A stretch of 63,851 nucleotides of DNA, counting the filler, from Reclinomonas americana ATCC 50394 (taxonomy: Eukaryota): NCBI GenBank assembly GCA_048213135.1. It is 8 parts of 3 records of this genome, joined end to end, with 100 filler letters (N's around TTAATTAATTAA, not from the genome) between each part and the next. Parts side by side here need not be neighbours in the genome. Positions count along the whole stretch, not along the records: positions 26,615 to 31,540 come from PS015495.1; positions 31,641 to 35,437 come from PS015495.1; positions 35,538 to 51,646 come from PS015495.1; 5 more parts are not named here. The stretch is one strand, 5' to 3'. The position numbers were made by a program, and so were the translations under genes. The notes beneath the pieces are model-generated. The model saw nothing but the letters and a program-made list of their open reading frames with translations, searched no databases and was not told where the DNA came from. Numbering within the stretch: the first letter of the stretch is position 1; every line of letters starts with the position of its first letter. This document shows, in pieces, positions 26,766 to 44,846 of the stretch.

Positions 26766-28683
26766 CATGTCGAGACAAAAGACCACCGAGTATTGGTCGT
26801 ACATAAAGTACACATCGGTGCCGGTGACCACGCGCGCGGCATCGAGCAGCGACTGCGTGTCCGGCGCAACAGTGGTCGGCCCGAGCGACACGGAGGAGAT
26901 GGACGGCCCGAACAGAGACGATGACTCGGACGGAGAGCCGGAGGTGGTGTCGGTCAGCGAGTTGTGCGAGGCCGACTTGGGCATGCCCAGCATCTTGTCC
27001 ATGTCGCGGTCCATGCTGGCGCGGCCAATGCGCCGGGCGTTGGAGATGTCGCGGCTCTTGACGGTGGGGCGCTGCTTGGTGCCCACCAGGCAGAGGATTT
27101 CGGGGGTGTCCTGCGGAAAGGGGAAGGGATGAGGGGAAAGTTGAGGGGAGAGGGAGATGCACGAATAGATGGAACGAGAGGGTTGTGGGATGACAGTGAG
27201 ACGGCGAGGTGAATTAACCACCAAAAGAGAAACAAGAAGATATGAGGAAGGCGAAAGGCGAAAAGCAGAGACCAGAGGAGGAAGCAGGTCAGACGACGAT
27301 GGAAGAATGACCGCATGCACACAAGGCCGTGAGATTTGAGGTTGAGAAGGCGAAGAAGGGAGAAGACACACTAGATAGAATGGGACGAGAGAGTGCAGGG
27401 GGAGGGATGACGATGACAGGCGAGGGAAGAAGAGACCACAAGCACGCCGTGAGAGAGTCCGCGGTATGATGTCAATAAGACGAGAAGAACTTGGGGAGAG
27501 AGAGAGCAGAATATCAAGAACTGAGAAAACAGTCAACGAGGAAGGCTGAGAGAGTTGACGACAACAGGCGAAGAAATTGGGCACGCGTACACCAACAAGA
27601 CAAGGACTTGAAATGAAGACAAAGACCACTGAACTCTCCCGACTCACCACACTCGTCGCGCTACCATGCCGACCCACATACAACGCCTGATTCATGTGCG
27701 ACATGGACCAGGCCACACGCTCCGCCGAGCCACACCGCTGAAAATCATGCGCACGCAAGAACACCACATCCGCAGCATGCAACAACTCCTCGGGAATCAC
27801 CCCTCCAATGCCACTCACACCCGTCGCCACAGCAGCACCAGCACCAGCAGCAGCAGACGAGGGAATCGTCAGTGATGCACTCGTTCCATTGCTCCAATCG
27901 GAACCCGGGTACCCACTGTGATGCTGTTGGTGCTGCAGTGAGGAGAGCGATGAGGTGGAGTGTGATGTCACGCGGAGACCGCCCAGTGGTGAGTGTGATA
28001 ACAGCGGCTGTTGTTGCTGTTGTTGTTGATGCTGAGAGGAGAAGGCGGCCGCGTTGCTGCGAGAGGCGGGAAGGGCATCGCCAGGTCCTGCAGGAGGAGG
28101 GAGAGTGAGGAAGGGAATAAGTGTGTGTGTATGTGTGTGTTTGAGGGAGGGAGTGTGTGTGTGTGTGTGTGTGTGTGTGTTGAGGGTGTGAGTGAGTGAG
28201 TGAGTGAGTGAGTGAGTGAGAGTGTGAGTGAGTGAGTGAGTGAGTGAGTGAGTGAGTGAGTGAATGAGTGTGTGTGTGTGTGTGTGTGTTTGAGGGTGTG
28301 TGGGAGAGTGTGTGAGTGTGTGAGAGTGAGTGAGTGAGTGAGTGAGTGAGTGAGTGAGAGTGTGAGTGAGAGTGTGTGCTTGAGAGGAGTAAGCATGTTT
28401 GTGTGTTTGTGTGTGTGAGTGAGTGTGTGTGTGTGCGTATGAGAGAGTGAGTGAGTGTGTGTGAGTGAGTGTGAGTGCAACAACGAGCTGCACAGAGGAG
28501 ACAACAAGTCTCTCTTTACAATGCATGCATTTATGCTCTCCCTCTCTCTCTCACACACACTCAACTTGCAGGAAATGGAGGTGGCACTCGCGCACCCCAT
28601 CCTCCTCCTCCTCCTCCTCCTCCTCCTCCTAATGCACGAGCATCCTCAGGTGGCGGCGGCTTGCGCCCTTCCCCAGAGGACAT
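26766..28683 (-). CDS. SZT2: SZT2 (KICSTOR scaffold) homologue, N-terminal 3 exons; rest lost at contig break
   Basis: LLHAADVVFLRAHDFQRCGSAERVAWSMSHMNQ and RVVTGTDVYFMYDQYSVVFCLDM align by eye with recalled human SZT2 N-terminal blocks ([55 protein letters not shown]). Exons splice in frame. Confidence 0.75.
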
Positions 28684-28799
28684 GTGGAGAAGAACAGGGT
28701 TTCTCTCACAATAAGGGGTTTTGTGTTGATTGCATGTGTGAGTCACACACGCAGATTGTCTTTGATTGTGTGAGTGTGTGTGTGAGTGAGAGGCTCAAG

Positions 28800-34788
<5,989 letters not shown>

Positions 34789-35537
34789 ATGCGAGAAGAG
34801 CCAAGTCAAGGGTGTGGCGATAGATGTTGGTACACCGTGAACGGACCTTGCTTGCTTGATGATGGGCGACTTCTGCATCAACACTCTAGCTGTTTTTTAT
34901 CGGAATTGCACAGTGGACTTCAGTTTCCAATTGTCTGACGAATAGACAACTGGTCTTCTGCAGCTATGTGCGACTTGCGACACCGATTGCTTTCTTTTTA
35001 TGGAGTAGGGCTTGCAACTGCTGACACCAACACCATCTGAGTGGAGTTCGGTTACGAGCCTTGGATCCTCGTGCGGAAACGCAATTGCAGGCTGTTGTCG
35101 AAGGTGGGAGACTCAAGGAGCTGTGGTCGAGACGTGCGAAACCGCAGAAGTCTTTCTCTCTGGAATGTCTCATGATCAGTCTGTGAACATGTTGCAGTCA
35201 AGCGTTGTGCGATGCAGTTGCTGTTCTCGAAGCTCCGAGAGCGAACGCACTCACGAGAAACCCAATTGCTGCATTCAGGTACGGGACTTCAGCTTTCGAG
35301 TTGCATGAAAATGGCGGCAAGGCCAATTGCCCATCTGTCCACGCTGCTCGCGGCTAGTCACACTCACACACACACACCCGATGACCGCGAGACTTGTGGT
35401 CGCCACACTGGCGGTGCTGCTGATAGCATGCGTTGCANNNNNNNNNNNNNNNNNNNNNNNNNNNNNNNNNNNNNNNNNNNNTTAATTAATTAANNNNNNN
35501 NNNNNNNNNNNNNNNNNNNNNNNNNNNNNNNNNNNNN

Positions 35538-35613
<76 letters not shown>

Positions 35614-35749
35614 TCACACACACACGAGACCGCGAGAGAGGAGGGAGAAGAAGATGCCTTTGCAGCGTGCATTCAAAGCGACGTTTCCATGCACTCTGCA
35701 TTTTTTCTCTTTCCCCCTTTGCTCACATCTCGCTTGCATCCTGGCTAAG

Positions 35750-37148
35750 AACGGGTTACGGGGTCGCAGTCCGTTGTCTCTGTCTTCTCTCATGTACACT
35801 TGCTGAAGGAGAGTTGCACCGTGAACATTGTCTGCACTCGGCATCACATGACCCTCTCTCTCCTTCCTTTTTCCACTCACCCCTCCCTCTCCCTTGCTCA
35901 CTCGTCGTTCCTCCTGTTCACAGGCACAATTCAAGCCCACCGTTGACGCTTACGCCGCGCTGCAAGTCACTGGATGTTGCGCCAGTATTTTTTCTCCACT
36001 CCAACCCCTCGCACTCGTCCTCCATTTCTCACCGCATCCCCGTTGTTTTTCGTCCCCAGCCTCGGCCTTTATGTCTACGGGTCGTTCAAACGGTGGCACG
36101 GCCACGTCCAAGGTGCAAGTCGCCCTCAGCTGCTCTGACCTCACGCCAGCGCCATCCGTATCCATCGTCTTCTCGAACAGCAGCATTTACGCGAAGGTGC
36201 GGTGTGGAGGCAGCGGGAAGAGAGTGGCTCAAGTACGTGTGAAGAGAATGCTGTCGTCGACCACGTAGTGATCCTGTCGATGTTTGTTGCGGATTGCCGC
36301 TGGTGTTTGAAATGGCGTTGCATGGGAGGCAGTAGTCGCGTACTCTCTTCACACTCTGTCTCTTGCCAATGGGCGTAGGAGTGCTTTTTTCATGAGCTCG
36401 CGCTTGTTGGGCAGGGGAGTCTATGCATGCATGTTTTAGTACGTCATCCTCCGTGTACTTTGACTGCCCTCTGCTCTCTTGAGTGCAAGTGAGAGGATGC
36501 ATATTATTTGTGCTGTAGGTGTGCGTTTGCTGCTGGGTGTACATTCCTGTGTCTTCTTATTCGAGCTCTCACCTCGTTTATGATGTCGCTTCCGTTCCGT
36601 GTGCTCGTAGAGAGTGTGTAAGTGGACGTACTGATTTCCGTATTTTATCAGTTGACCTGTCATATCATTCATTCTCGTCCTCACCCTGTTTCGTCTCCTG
36701 TCTCCTTCCCTCCTTCCCACTATCAGGTGATGACCGTCGTCATCAACCTCGACAAGGGCAACATCAACGGCATCTCCATGAACCCCACGTGCAACAGCGG
36801 CAACAACTTCTGTCTCCTTGACAATAGCGCGCAGTGCATTGGCAACAGCGACGTTAACCCCGGATTCAACTGCGCCGGCACGTACAGTGGTACCGACACG
36901 ACGTGCGATCAAGGATGCTCTGTGGTGGTATGTGTGTTTTGAGTGCCCGTCTCATGCTGGTAGAACGTGTCTTACTCTTTGCCGATACACAGATTTGGGT
37001 GGCGTACACTGGCACCGATCGCAACGGCCGTGTCATGCAGAGCCAGAGTTGCGTCACTGCGTGAGAGAGAGAGGGGGGGGAGAGGGAAGAGATGAAGAGT
37101 GCAAGGGTGGCGAAAGATGGTGCTCTGTCTTCCCCTGCTTCTGTCTGC

Positions 37149-37212
<64 letters not shown>

Positions 37213-38031
37213 TNNNNNNNNNNNNNNNNNNNNNNNNNNNNNNNNNNNNNNNNNNNNNNNNNNNNNNNNNNNNNNNNNNNNNNNNNNNNNNNNNNNNNNN
37301 NNNNNNNNNNNNNNNNNNNNNNNNNNNNNNNNNNNNNNNNNNNNNNNNNNNNNNNNNNNNNNNNNNNNNNNNNNNNNNNNNNNNNNNNNNNNNNNNNNNN
37401 NNNNNNNNNNNNNNNNNNNNNNNNNNNNNNNNNNNNNNNNNNNNNNNNNNNNNNNNNNNNNNNNNNNNNNNNNNNNNNNNNNNNNNNNNNNNNNNNNNNN
37501 NNNNNNNNNNNNNNNNNNNNNNNNNNNNNNNNNNNNNNNNNNNNNNNNNNNNNNNNNNNNNNNNNNNNNNNNNNNNNNNNNNNNNNNNNNNNNNNNNNNN
37601 NNNNNNNNNNNNNNNNNNNNNNNNNNNNNNNNNNNNNNNNNNNNNNNNNNNNNNNNNNNNNNNNNNNNNNNNNNNNNNNNNNNNNNNNNNNNNNNNNNNN
37701 NNNNNNNNNNNNNNNNNNNNNNNNNNNNNNNNNNNNNNNNNNNNNNNNNNNNNNNNNNNNNNNNNNNNNNNNNNNNNNNNNNNNNNNNNNNNNNNNNNNN
37801 NNNNNNNNNNNNNNNNNNNNNNNNNNNNNNNNNNNNNNNNNNNNNNNNNNNNNNNNNNNNNNNNNNNNNNNNNNNNNNNNNNNNNNNNNNNNNNNNNNNN
37901 NNNNNNNNNNNNNNNNNNNNNNNNNNNNNNNNNNNNNNNNNNNNNNNNNNNNNNNNNNNNNNNNNNNNNNNNNNNNNNNNNNNNNNNNNNNNNNNNNNNN
38001 NNNNNNNNNNNNNNNNNNNNNNNNNNNNNNN

Positions 38032-38093
<62 letters not shown>

Positions 38094-38732
38094 TGAGTGC
38101 GAGAGGGAGTGAGCGAAAGAGAGATACAAGAGTGCAAGAGCTACGAAAGATTGCGCTGTCCTCCTGTGCAATGTGCGTGTGCGTATTTACATGTGAGAGA
38201 GGTTGTGTGAGTGAGAGAGACACAGGAGAGTGCAAGAGCGACGACAGATCGCGCTCTGTCCTCCTCTTCTGTCTGCGTGCGTGTGTGCGTGAGAGATTGG
38301 GAGAGCGAGTGAGAGACACACAGGAGAGTGCAAGAGCGACGACATATCGCGCTCTATCCTACTCCTCTTCTGTCGGCATGCGTGTGTACGCGAGCAATGT
38401 GTGTGTGAGAGAGAGAGAGGGAGAGATAGAAGAGCGACGAAAGATCGCGCTGTCCTCCTCTTCTGTGTGTGTGTGTGTGCGTGCGCGCTGTGTGTGTGAG
38501 AGAGAGTGAGTGAGTGAGAGAGAGGGATAAGAGCGCAGGAGCGACGAATGATTGCACTCCCTGTCTCCTCGTTGATCTGTATCCCCCCTTTGTGTCCGTC
38601 TCCCTCTCTGTCCTGACGTCTCACTCACTCTTGCGGCGCCACGCAGACCTGTTGCCACAGGCCTTCCAGGCGTGGACATTCGGCAACATTATCGACGGCG
38701 TCTACAAGAAGATCATTGGCACACTCACGTAA
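35750..38732 (+). CDS. Cys-rich, probably secreted protein resembling the plant uncharacterised 'Expp1' family; 5' end uncertain
   Basis: Spliced AQFKPTVDAYAAL...VMTVVINLDKGNINGISMNPTC...C...C...DQGCSVV|IWVAYTGTDRNGRVMQSQ|NLLPQAFQAWTFGNIIDGVYKKI*. Resembles recalled plant motifs FRPKVDEISLL / LVLEFQKGRL / CSLGIQLAFSGTD. Confidence 0.6.
38100..38570. repeat. Degenerate ~100-130 bp repeats interleaved with (GT)/(GA) microsatellite in an intron
   Basis: ggagagtgcaagagcgacga..gatcgcgctct.tcctcctcttctgt recurs ~4 times; a related copy lies at ~37095. Confidence 0.65.
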
Positions 38733-38951
38733 GGAGTCCAACAGAGTGTGTATGTTTTTTTTGTGGGCGCACCCCCGCCCCGGTCATTGCTCGTCCGACC
38801 GTCGTTCTTTTTTAACAACCTTCCTTTGTCGAGCTCTCTTTCCTCTCTTCTGATTGTCGCCAAATATAAGTGGCAGAATGCTGCAGCATGCACGGCAGAG
38901 GAGATGTGAAGGGGCGGAGGGGGGAAGGAGGAAGGGAGGAGCGTGAAGGGG

Positions 38952-38996
<45 letters not shown>

Positions 38997-39578
38997 AAGT
39001 ACCGGCGCAGCAGCAGCGCCGTCTTCTGCGCCAACCATTGCAGTAGCGATTGCTTTGATTGCAGCAGAAACTAATACAGCGCCAGCAACATTTTCTCCGG
39101 CAGCAACAACAACAATCTCAGCCCCAGTCACCCCAGCAGCAGCAAGCGTCTCATGGGGAGGATATTGTCTGCAACATGCCATGATATCCAACGTGAGTGA
39201 ACACCTTGACGTTTTTCAACACGATTACCCTTACCTGAGTGCTGCGACATACTGCAACAGCAATTCATACATCGACACACAGGAAGCAGAAGCCTCGACG
39301 ACACGACATTCACAACCTGACAAGCGCCGGTCAGCTGCCGGCAAAACCAATCAACTACCCAGCAACCGGTATCGTCGATCACCAACTTGATGGCTCACAA
39401 AGCGTGCTTGAATGCGCCAACGCTGGTGCCACACACGCTGCAGGTTCGTTGCACTTTGGCCTCGAGAGGCGCCAGCGGACACGGATAGCCCACACCAAGG
39501 TGTTCATTTATTGTCCTCACGAATAATCCAGCATCAAGTTTGGTATATTTTGTCAGACCACGACGGAGCGCGCGCAAC

Positions 39579-40912
39579 ATGACGCGAGATGATGATGACG
39601 ACGATGAGCAGTATGCGAAACGCAACTGCCTGTCCAAGCTGTTCAACTCGTTGGAGTTCAGGACGCTGCTGCTTATCGGATCAATGGTCTACACCGTCTA
39701 CCTCGCGGTGCCTTTGGGCATTGTGGCATACAACTCGGCAAACAACTCCGACGTGTTCAACGATTCAAGATGCATTGTTGCGTTTAGCGTGTCACCAGTG
39801 ATGTGTATTCGCTGCGTTTGTACTAAAATGTAACACGTGCAGAGCTCCTATTGCATTCGTGGTCAAGGAGTGGCTTTTAGCGACCGCTGGTGAGTTCGCA
39901 TACACACACAGAGCGCTCTCTCCCTCCATCCCTCCTTTCCCACTCACTTGGAAAAGTGTCAACCTTCTTATGTGTCATGTTACGGGAACAGTTGCGGATA
40001 CACGACACTGAGCGCCAAAGTCGGTATCACGTTCATCATCGTGTACTCGTATAGTGCGGCGTCCGTTGCCCTCCGAGCGTGGGTGGTGATATACTTCTTG
40101 ACGCGAAAAAACAAGAACTCACTGGAGCGAGTTGTTTGGCTCACTCGTCACCCACTGTACCTGGTACGCTGCGCTTTCTACACGACGAACACACACACAC
40201 GCACACGCACACACGCACGCACGCACGCACGCACACACGCACTTGTCGGCGTTGGGCTTCCCCTGGAGCTTCGCACCCTTCGAGCTATTGCGCATGCAGA
40301 TTAATACGCTACACGTTGAGATTGGAGACAATCGCATCATGCACACCCGTGTTCGAGGGCAGGAGGGAGAGAGGTTTCATTTTTTGCCATTGTGGCGCTG
40401 CTTATAACGAGACGCATTGTGTTTGCTTGCAAATGCAGATCTTGGACTTCGTTATTTCTCTGTCCATCATCATCAATTCAGCCTTCTACAAATCCGCCGT
40501 GGATAGCGCACACAACGCAGCCAACTTCACAATCGGTTCAAGCAGGTGGGCTTCCAACGGTGCGTGCATGGACTCATTCAAGGTCTCTCGGTGCCCCGTT
40601 TCCTACGATTACTGGTCCAACAAAGCTGTTGCGTAATCTGTTTTTTTTGTGCGTGGTCGCTGACTGATGCCCTGATGGCGCTGTGCGCAGGGTCTCTTTG
40701 AAACGTGGGTGAAAGACACACCTGCCTTCATCATTGCCATTTGTTTCTGTTCCCTCGGTGCGTTGACGATGCTGGAGAGGCTCTTTTGTGACAAGCTCCA
40801 GCGGTACCGCAGCATCTGCTGCTGCACGCAGATGGAGATAGTGGCGACGACAGGCACCGGGAAGCAGTCGGTGCAGATGTCGCCGATTCGTACTGCTACT
40901 TCGCCAGTGTGA
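39579..40912 (+). CDS. Orphan four-transmembrane protein with Cys-containing loops; 5 exons
   Basis: Frame-consistent splicing gives 4 hydrophobic segments (TLLLIGSMVYTVYLAVPLGIVAY; VGITFIIVYSYSAASVALRAWVVIYFL; LYLILDFVISLSIIINSAFY; PAFIIAICFCSLGALTML), N-glycosylation sequons in loops and a CCC tail. Confidence 0.7.
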
Positions 40913-41578
40913 GCGACGGCAGTCGGCCGGCAGAGCTTTGTCGATGAACCAAGTTAGCTGTTGCTTGTTTGCTGGTGAATGAATTTGTTGTTGTTCTCGC
41001 AGCCTGTTGGCGAGAAGTAACCTCAAGATGGTGATCATCATGCACCTGTTGCTGTTTGGAATAGGAAAGAATTCGAACTCCACTTTGCAGTACATCATCA
41101 ACAACAACAACAACTTTACTAGTCCGAACAGCAACACAGCTGCATGGTGATCACCAACTTGAGTGAGCACCAGAAACTCAGACATCACGAGAAAAGCGAG
41201 AAAAAGTCGACAACAACAATTCATTCACCAACAAACAAGCAATAGCTGTCTTGATGACCATTGACCAGTGGATTTGACGCACTTGCATAGACGCATAGCG
41301 TTTTCTGCGATCGTACACGGCACATCGAATTCGGGAAAAGGCCATAAGCCAGGCATACAAAGCAAAGCCGGGTCCGGATCCGTGAAGCAGGCAAAGCTTC
41401 TCGACCTCAACCCACGTTGCTGCCATGGCGAGTACGTGTATTGCCGGAGTCTGCGCTGATGGTACCACCGCCGCTGCCGCCTTCGCTCCCCCGCCACAGT
41501 TCACTTCAAATTTCCACCGTCCACCCAGTCGACGGCTTCCGATACCGTCGCATAGCATAACTCGCATCGTTGGCGCCA

Positions 41579-43970
41579 ATGATCGCTCGAGCCCACGCGC
41601 CTGCCTCACACTCATCCTCTTCTTCCTCTTCTTCCACCTCCACCTCCTCCTCCTCCTCCTCATCGACCACCACCGCACAATCACCACGCTTGCATGACAA
41701 GCACCGTTACCGCCATGACGACGACGGTGACGACGACGACGACGACGACACACGCATTCCCTCCTCACCACACGCCTCTCCTCCCCCACACACCATCACA
41801 CCCGCACCGAGCACCGTGCCCACTGCACTGGTGCACGTGACAGTGAACGGCGGTCCACCCGACGACCCGCCCTCTCTGCTCGCCGCACACACATCGCCAC
41901 CACCGCCATACGAGCAGGACCAACAGGCGGAGGCGAGAGGACGTCGACGTCGACTGCGTGGTGGTGGCGCGCATGATCGCGGGGCCGTGTCGCCGGCGCC
42001 GGCGGCGGTGGAGACAGCTGCGGCCTTGTCGCGTGTGCATCGTGTGGTCGAGCAGATGGCCAGTGAACGGGCAGGCCTGGCGTCGTCGGTGGAGGCGGTG
42101 TACGAGAGCAGAGTTGCGTGGCCTTTTTGCTGGTCGCGCGCGCATGTGCAGATAAGTGACTGCTCAGTTGTGTGTGTGCAGTGTGCGACGGCTGCTGAGC
42201 TGAGCGAGGTGCAAGAGCTGATTGCGCGACTGCGTGAGCGGGAGGGCGAGTTGGAGGAGCGGGTGGCCAACTTGGGCGCGCGGGAACAGGATTTGCGAAA
42301 CGAGCGTTGCGTGTTGTTGTGTACTTGGCGGATTTGTGTCGTTGCCTCACCTGTTCGCCGAATCAGTGTTGCAAGTGGAGTTGCGCTTGGCCTCTGTGCA
42401 GCAGCAGTGTGGCGTCTTTGAGGCTGGCATTCAACGCGTGCAGCATCGTTGCGATTTCGTGGTGATCGCTGCTTGCATGCGATTGGTATCGCTCACCACC
42501 ATCGTGGCCTGCACAGTTCGCGCCACCGAAGATGTGAGCTCTGCCGCGAAGGCCATGGTGGCGGAGGGAGACGGAGAGTCGGCGGGAGACACGGCGGTGG
42601 TGGAGTTGACTCGACATCAGACGCTGTTTGGGCACACGGAAGTGGTGCACGCGGTGGCCGTGTACCAGCATGTCAGATTACCGAGCTCGCCGTTGGAGGA
42701 TGTGCCGCCGCCCACAGTGGGCGTCGTATCGGCGGGCGCCGATGGCACTGTGCGCGTGTGGGATTGCAGTCGGGGAAAGGCGGTGCATGTGTTGGTCGGC
42801 AGCGACAGTTGCGTGCAAAGGCTTGACGAGGGTTCTTTCGTGTCGACTCTCTCTGTCTCTCTCTCTGGCTTCGCCTACCAACCTTTCCTCCTCAACCGAC
42901 TGTTCTGTTGACCAGGTCCCGTGCGCACCGTGCATTGCTGCGGGCGGCGCTGTGCTGCGGGCTCCGACGACGGGATTGTGCGAATGGTGAGTCGCACTCG
43001 CCCTGTCCTCCTAATGCGTTGCTCACCTTCCCCCCCGTGGCGGCAGTGGAACATGTCGACGGGCACCCTTGACTGCGCACTGAGTGGCCATGAGGGTGCT
43101 GTGCTGGCGGTGCAGTTGGACGACAATAGTCTGGTTTGTGTGCGCAGGTCGCAACGCGCTTGCTCTGCCTTTGCTGGCACTCACACTGGATCGACCAGGT
43201 GTCGGGCTCGGCGGACGATCGCGTCGGATTGTGGGACGTTGCGAATGGATCGGCCCGTGCACCCTTGCGCTTCATGCTTGGTCACACGGCGCCGGTGAAT
43301 TGCATTCGTTTCTGGAAGTATGCGTGTGTGAGGTACGACGGAGCAAGAACATTTGCATTTAGTCGACAAGTTGCTGGTGTTGATCAGTGCGCGTGCAGTG
43401 CGTCGTCGAACGGAGAAGTGCGCATGTGGGACATGCGTACCGGGCAATGTCACCGCGTGCTTCAAGCTTGTGCTGGTGAGCTGTCTTCTCCAGTGAAGCA
43501 AGGCGATGTTCTTCTCTCACTATGCGTTCAGGTTCGGTGACTGGAGTGCAGTTTGACCAGGCGCACTTGGTGACCGGTGGCGACGATGGAATGATTAGAG
43601 TTGCGTGTCAACAGCCTCTTTGTTCCCCCCTACCTCCCCGTCTTCGTCTCTCATCCACAGCACGGCAGATATGGGATTTGCGCACGACTGCATGTCTGAG
43701 CGCGTTGGATGTGGGCGGCGACGAGCATCGAGCGGTGCGTGCGTTCCAGTTTGACGACGAAAAGATTGTGTATTCCACGGGCCGGGTGCCAAAGGTGGGC
43801 TTGCTGTCGACGAGTTTCCCGTCGCATCGCACCACTCACCGTTGCTGCAGATGCTGGCCGTGCGTGACATGCGGGTGGCCGCCTGGTGCAGCGGTCACAC
43901 GGGTGATGTGAACAGCATTGTGTTTGCTGGGTCAACGTTGTTCACCGGCAGCACGGATCAGACTGTAAGG
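41579..43970 (+). CDS. Disordered N-terminus + coiled coil + WD40 propeller, Mdv1/Caf4-like; last exon unresolved
   Basis: ELSEVQELIARLREREGELEERVANL coiled coil, then WD repeats including VRMWDMRTGQCHRVL...VTGVQFDQAHLVTGGDDGMIRIWDLRT...FQFDDEKIV. Confidence 0.8.
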
Positions 43971-44846
43971 GTGAGAAAGGGAAAGGGAGTGGAGAGAAAA
44001 GAGAGGATTAAGGGGGAAGAGAGGGGTAAAGGGGGAAGAGAGGATGGGGAGAAGATAGGTTGCTGGGAAAAGAAGATGGGAGGATGGGAGGAAGCGAGAA
44101 TGTGGGGAAGAGAAGAGGGATGGCGGGAAGAGAGGAGGTGAGCAGTCTTGACGAGTAGACTAGATGACTGCATGGAAAGCACTGGTGTGCGCAGATGAGA
44201 GAGTTGGGTTGCTTAAAGAGAGGTGAAGGATTTGGCAGACATGGGAAGTGCAGCGGCAAGGAAGACAGTGAGGAATTAGTTGGTCGACAAGGTGGAGTTG
44301 TATGTTGGGTTTGTGGGTGAGCAATGGAGGTGGCACTGTGTAGGTACAGAAGAGAGCGAGGGACCAACTGGTGAGAGGGTGAATGGGCGATTTTTTCGAT
44401 TGTGGGAGAGATGGAATTGGCACTCTGGACCGCAGTATCAGCGAGACAATGCTTGGAAGGACTCTGGCAACGACGGCAGACGAGCGAGCGAGCGAGAGAG
44501 AGAGAGAGGCCTTGGCAACAGCGGCGAAAGAGCAAGAGAAACATTGACAGCGGAGCACTCTGGTGGTAGCATCGACATGACTTGGCAGACGCGGCAGATG
44601 AGCGAGTCGAGCGATATGTTGCGATAGCAAACTCACAGAAGGAAAGTGTGGAGAGAGCAAGACCATAGTAGAGACGACAGACGAGCGAGAGGTCCTGAGA
44701 ATGAGATGCACTCCCTTCACCAATCGCTCTCTCATCTACCCTTCCCCGATCTCCGCAGCAATGGGACACGACGCACATTGACAGGATGCTCGCACAAGCG
44801 ATACAATAAAGGAGGAACGCAACAAAAGTGGCAGTTCTTTCTCTTT

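Noticed and set aside
38784..39526. ORFs 38784-39191 and 39055-39390
   Set aside because: No recognisable domain and no consistent splice structure; probably intergenic
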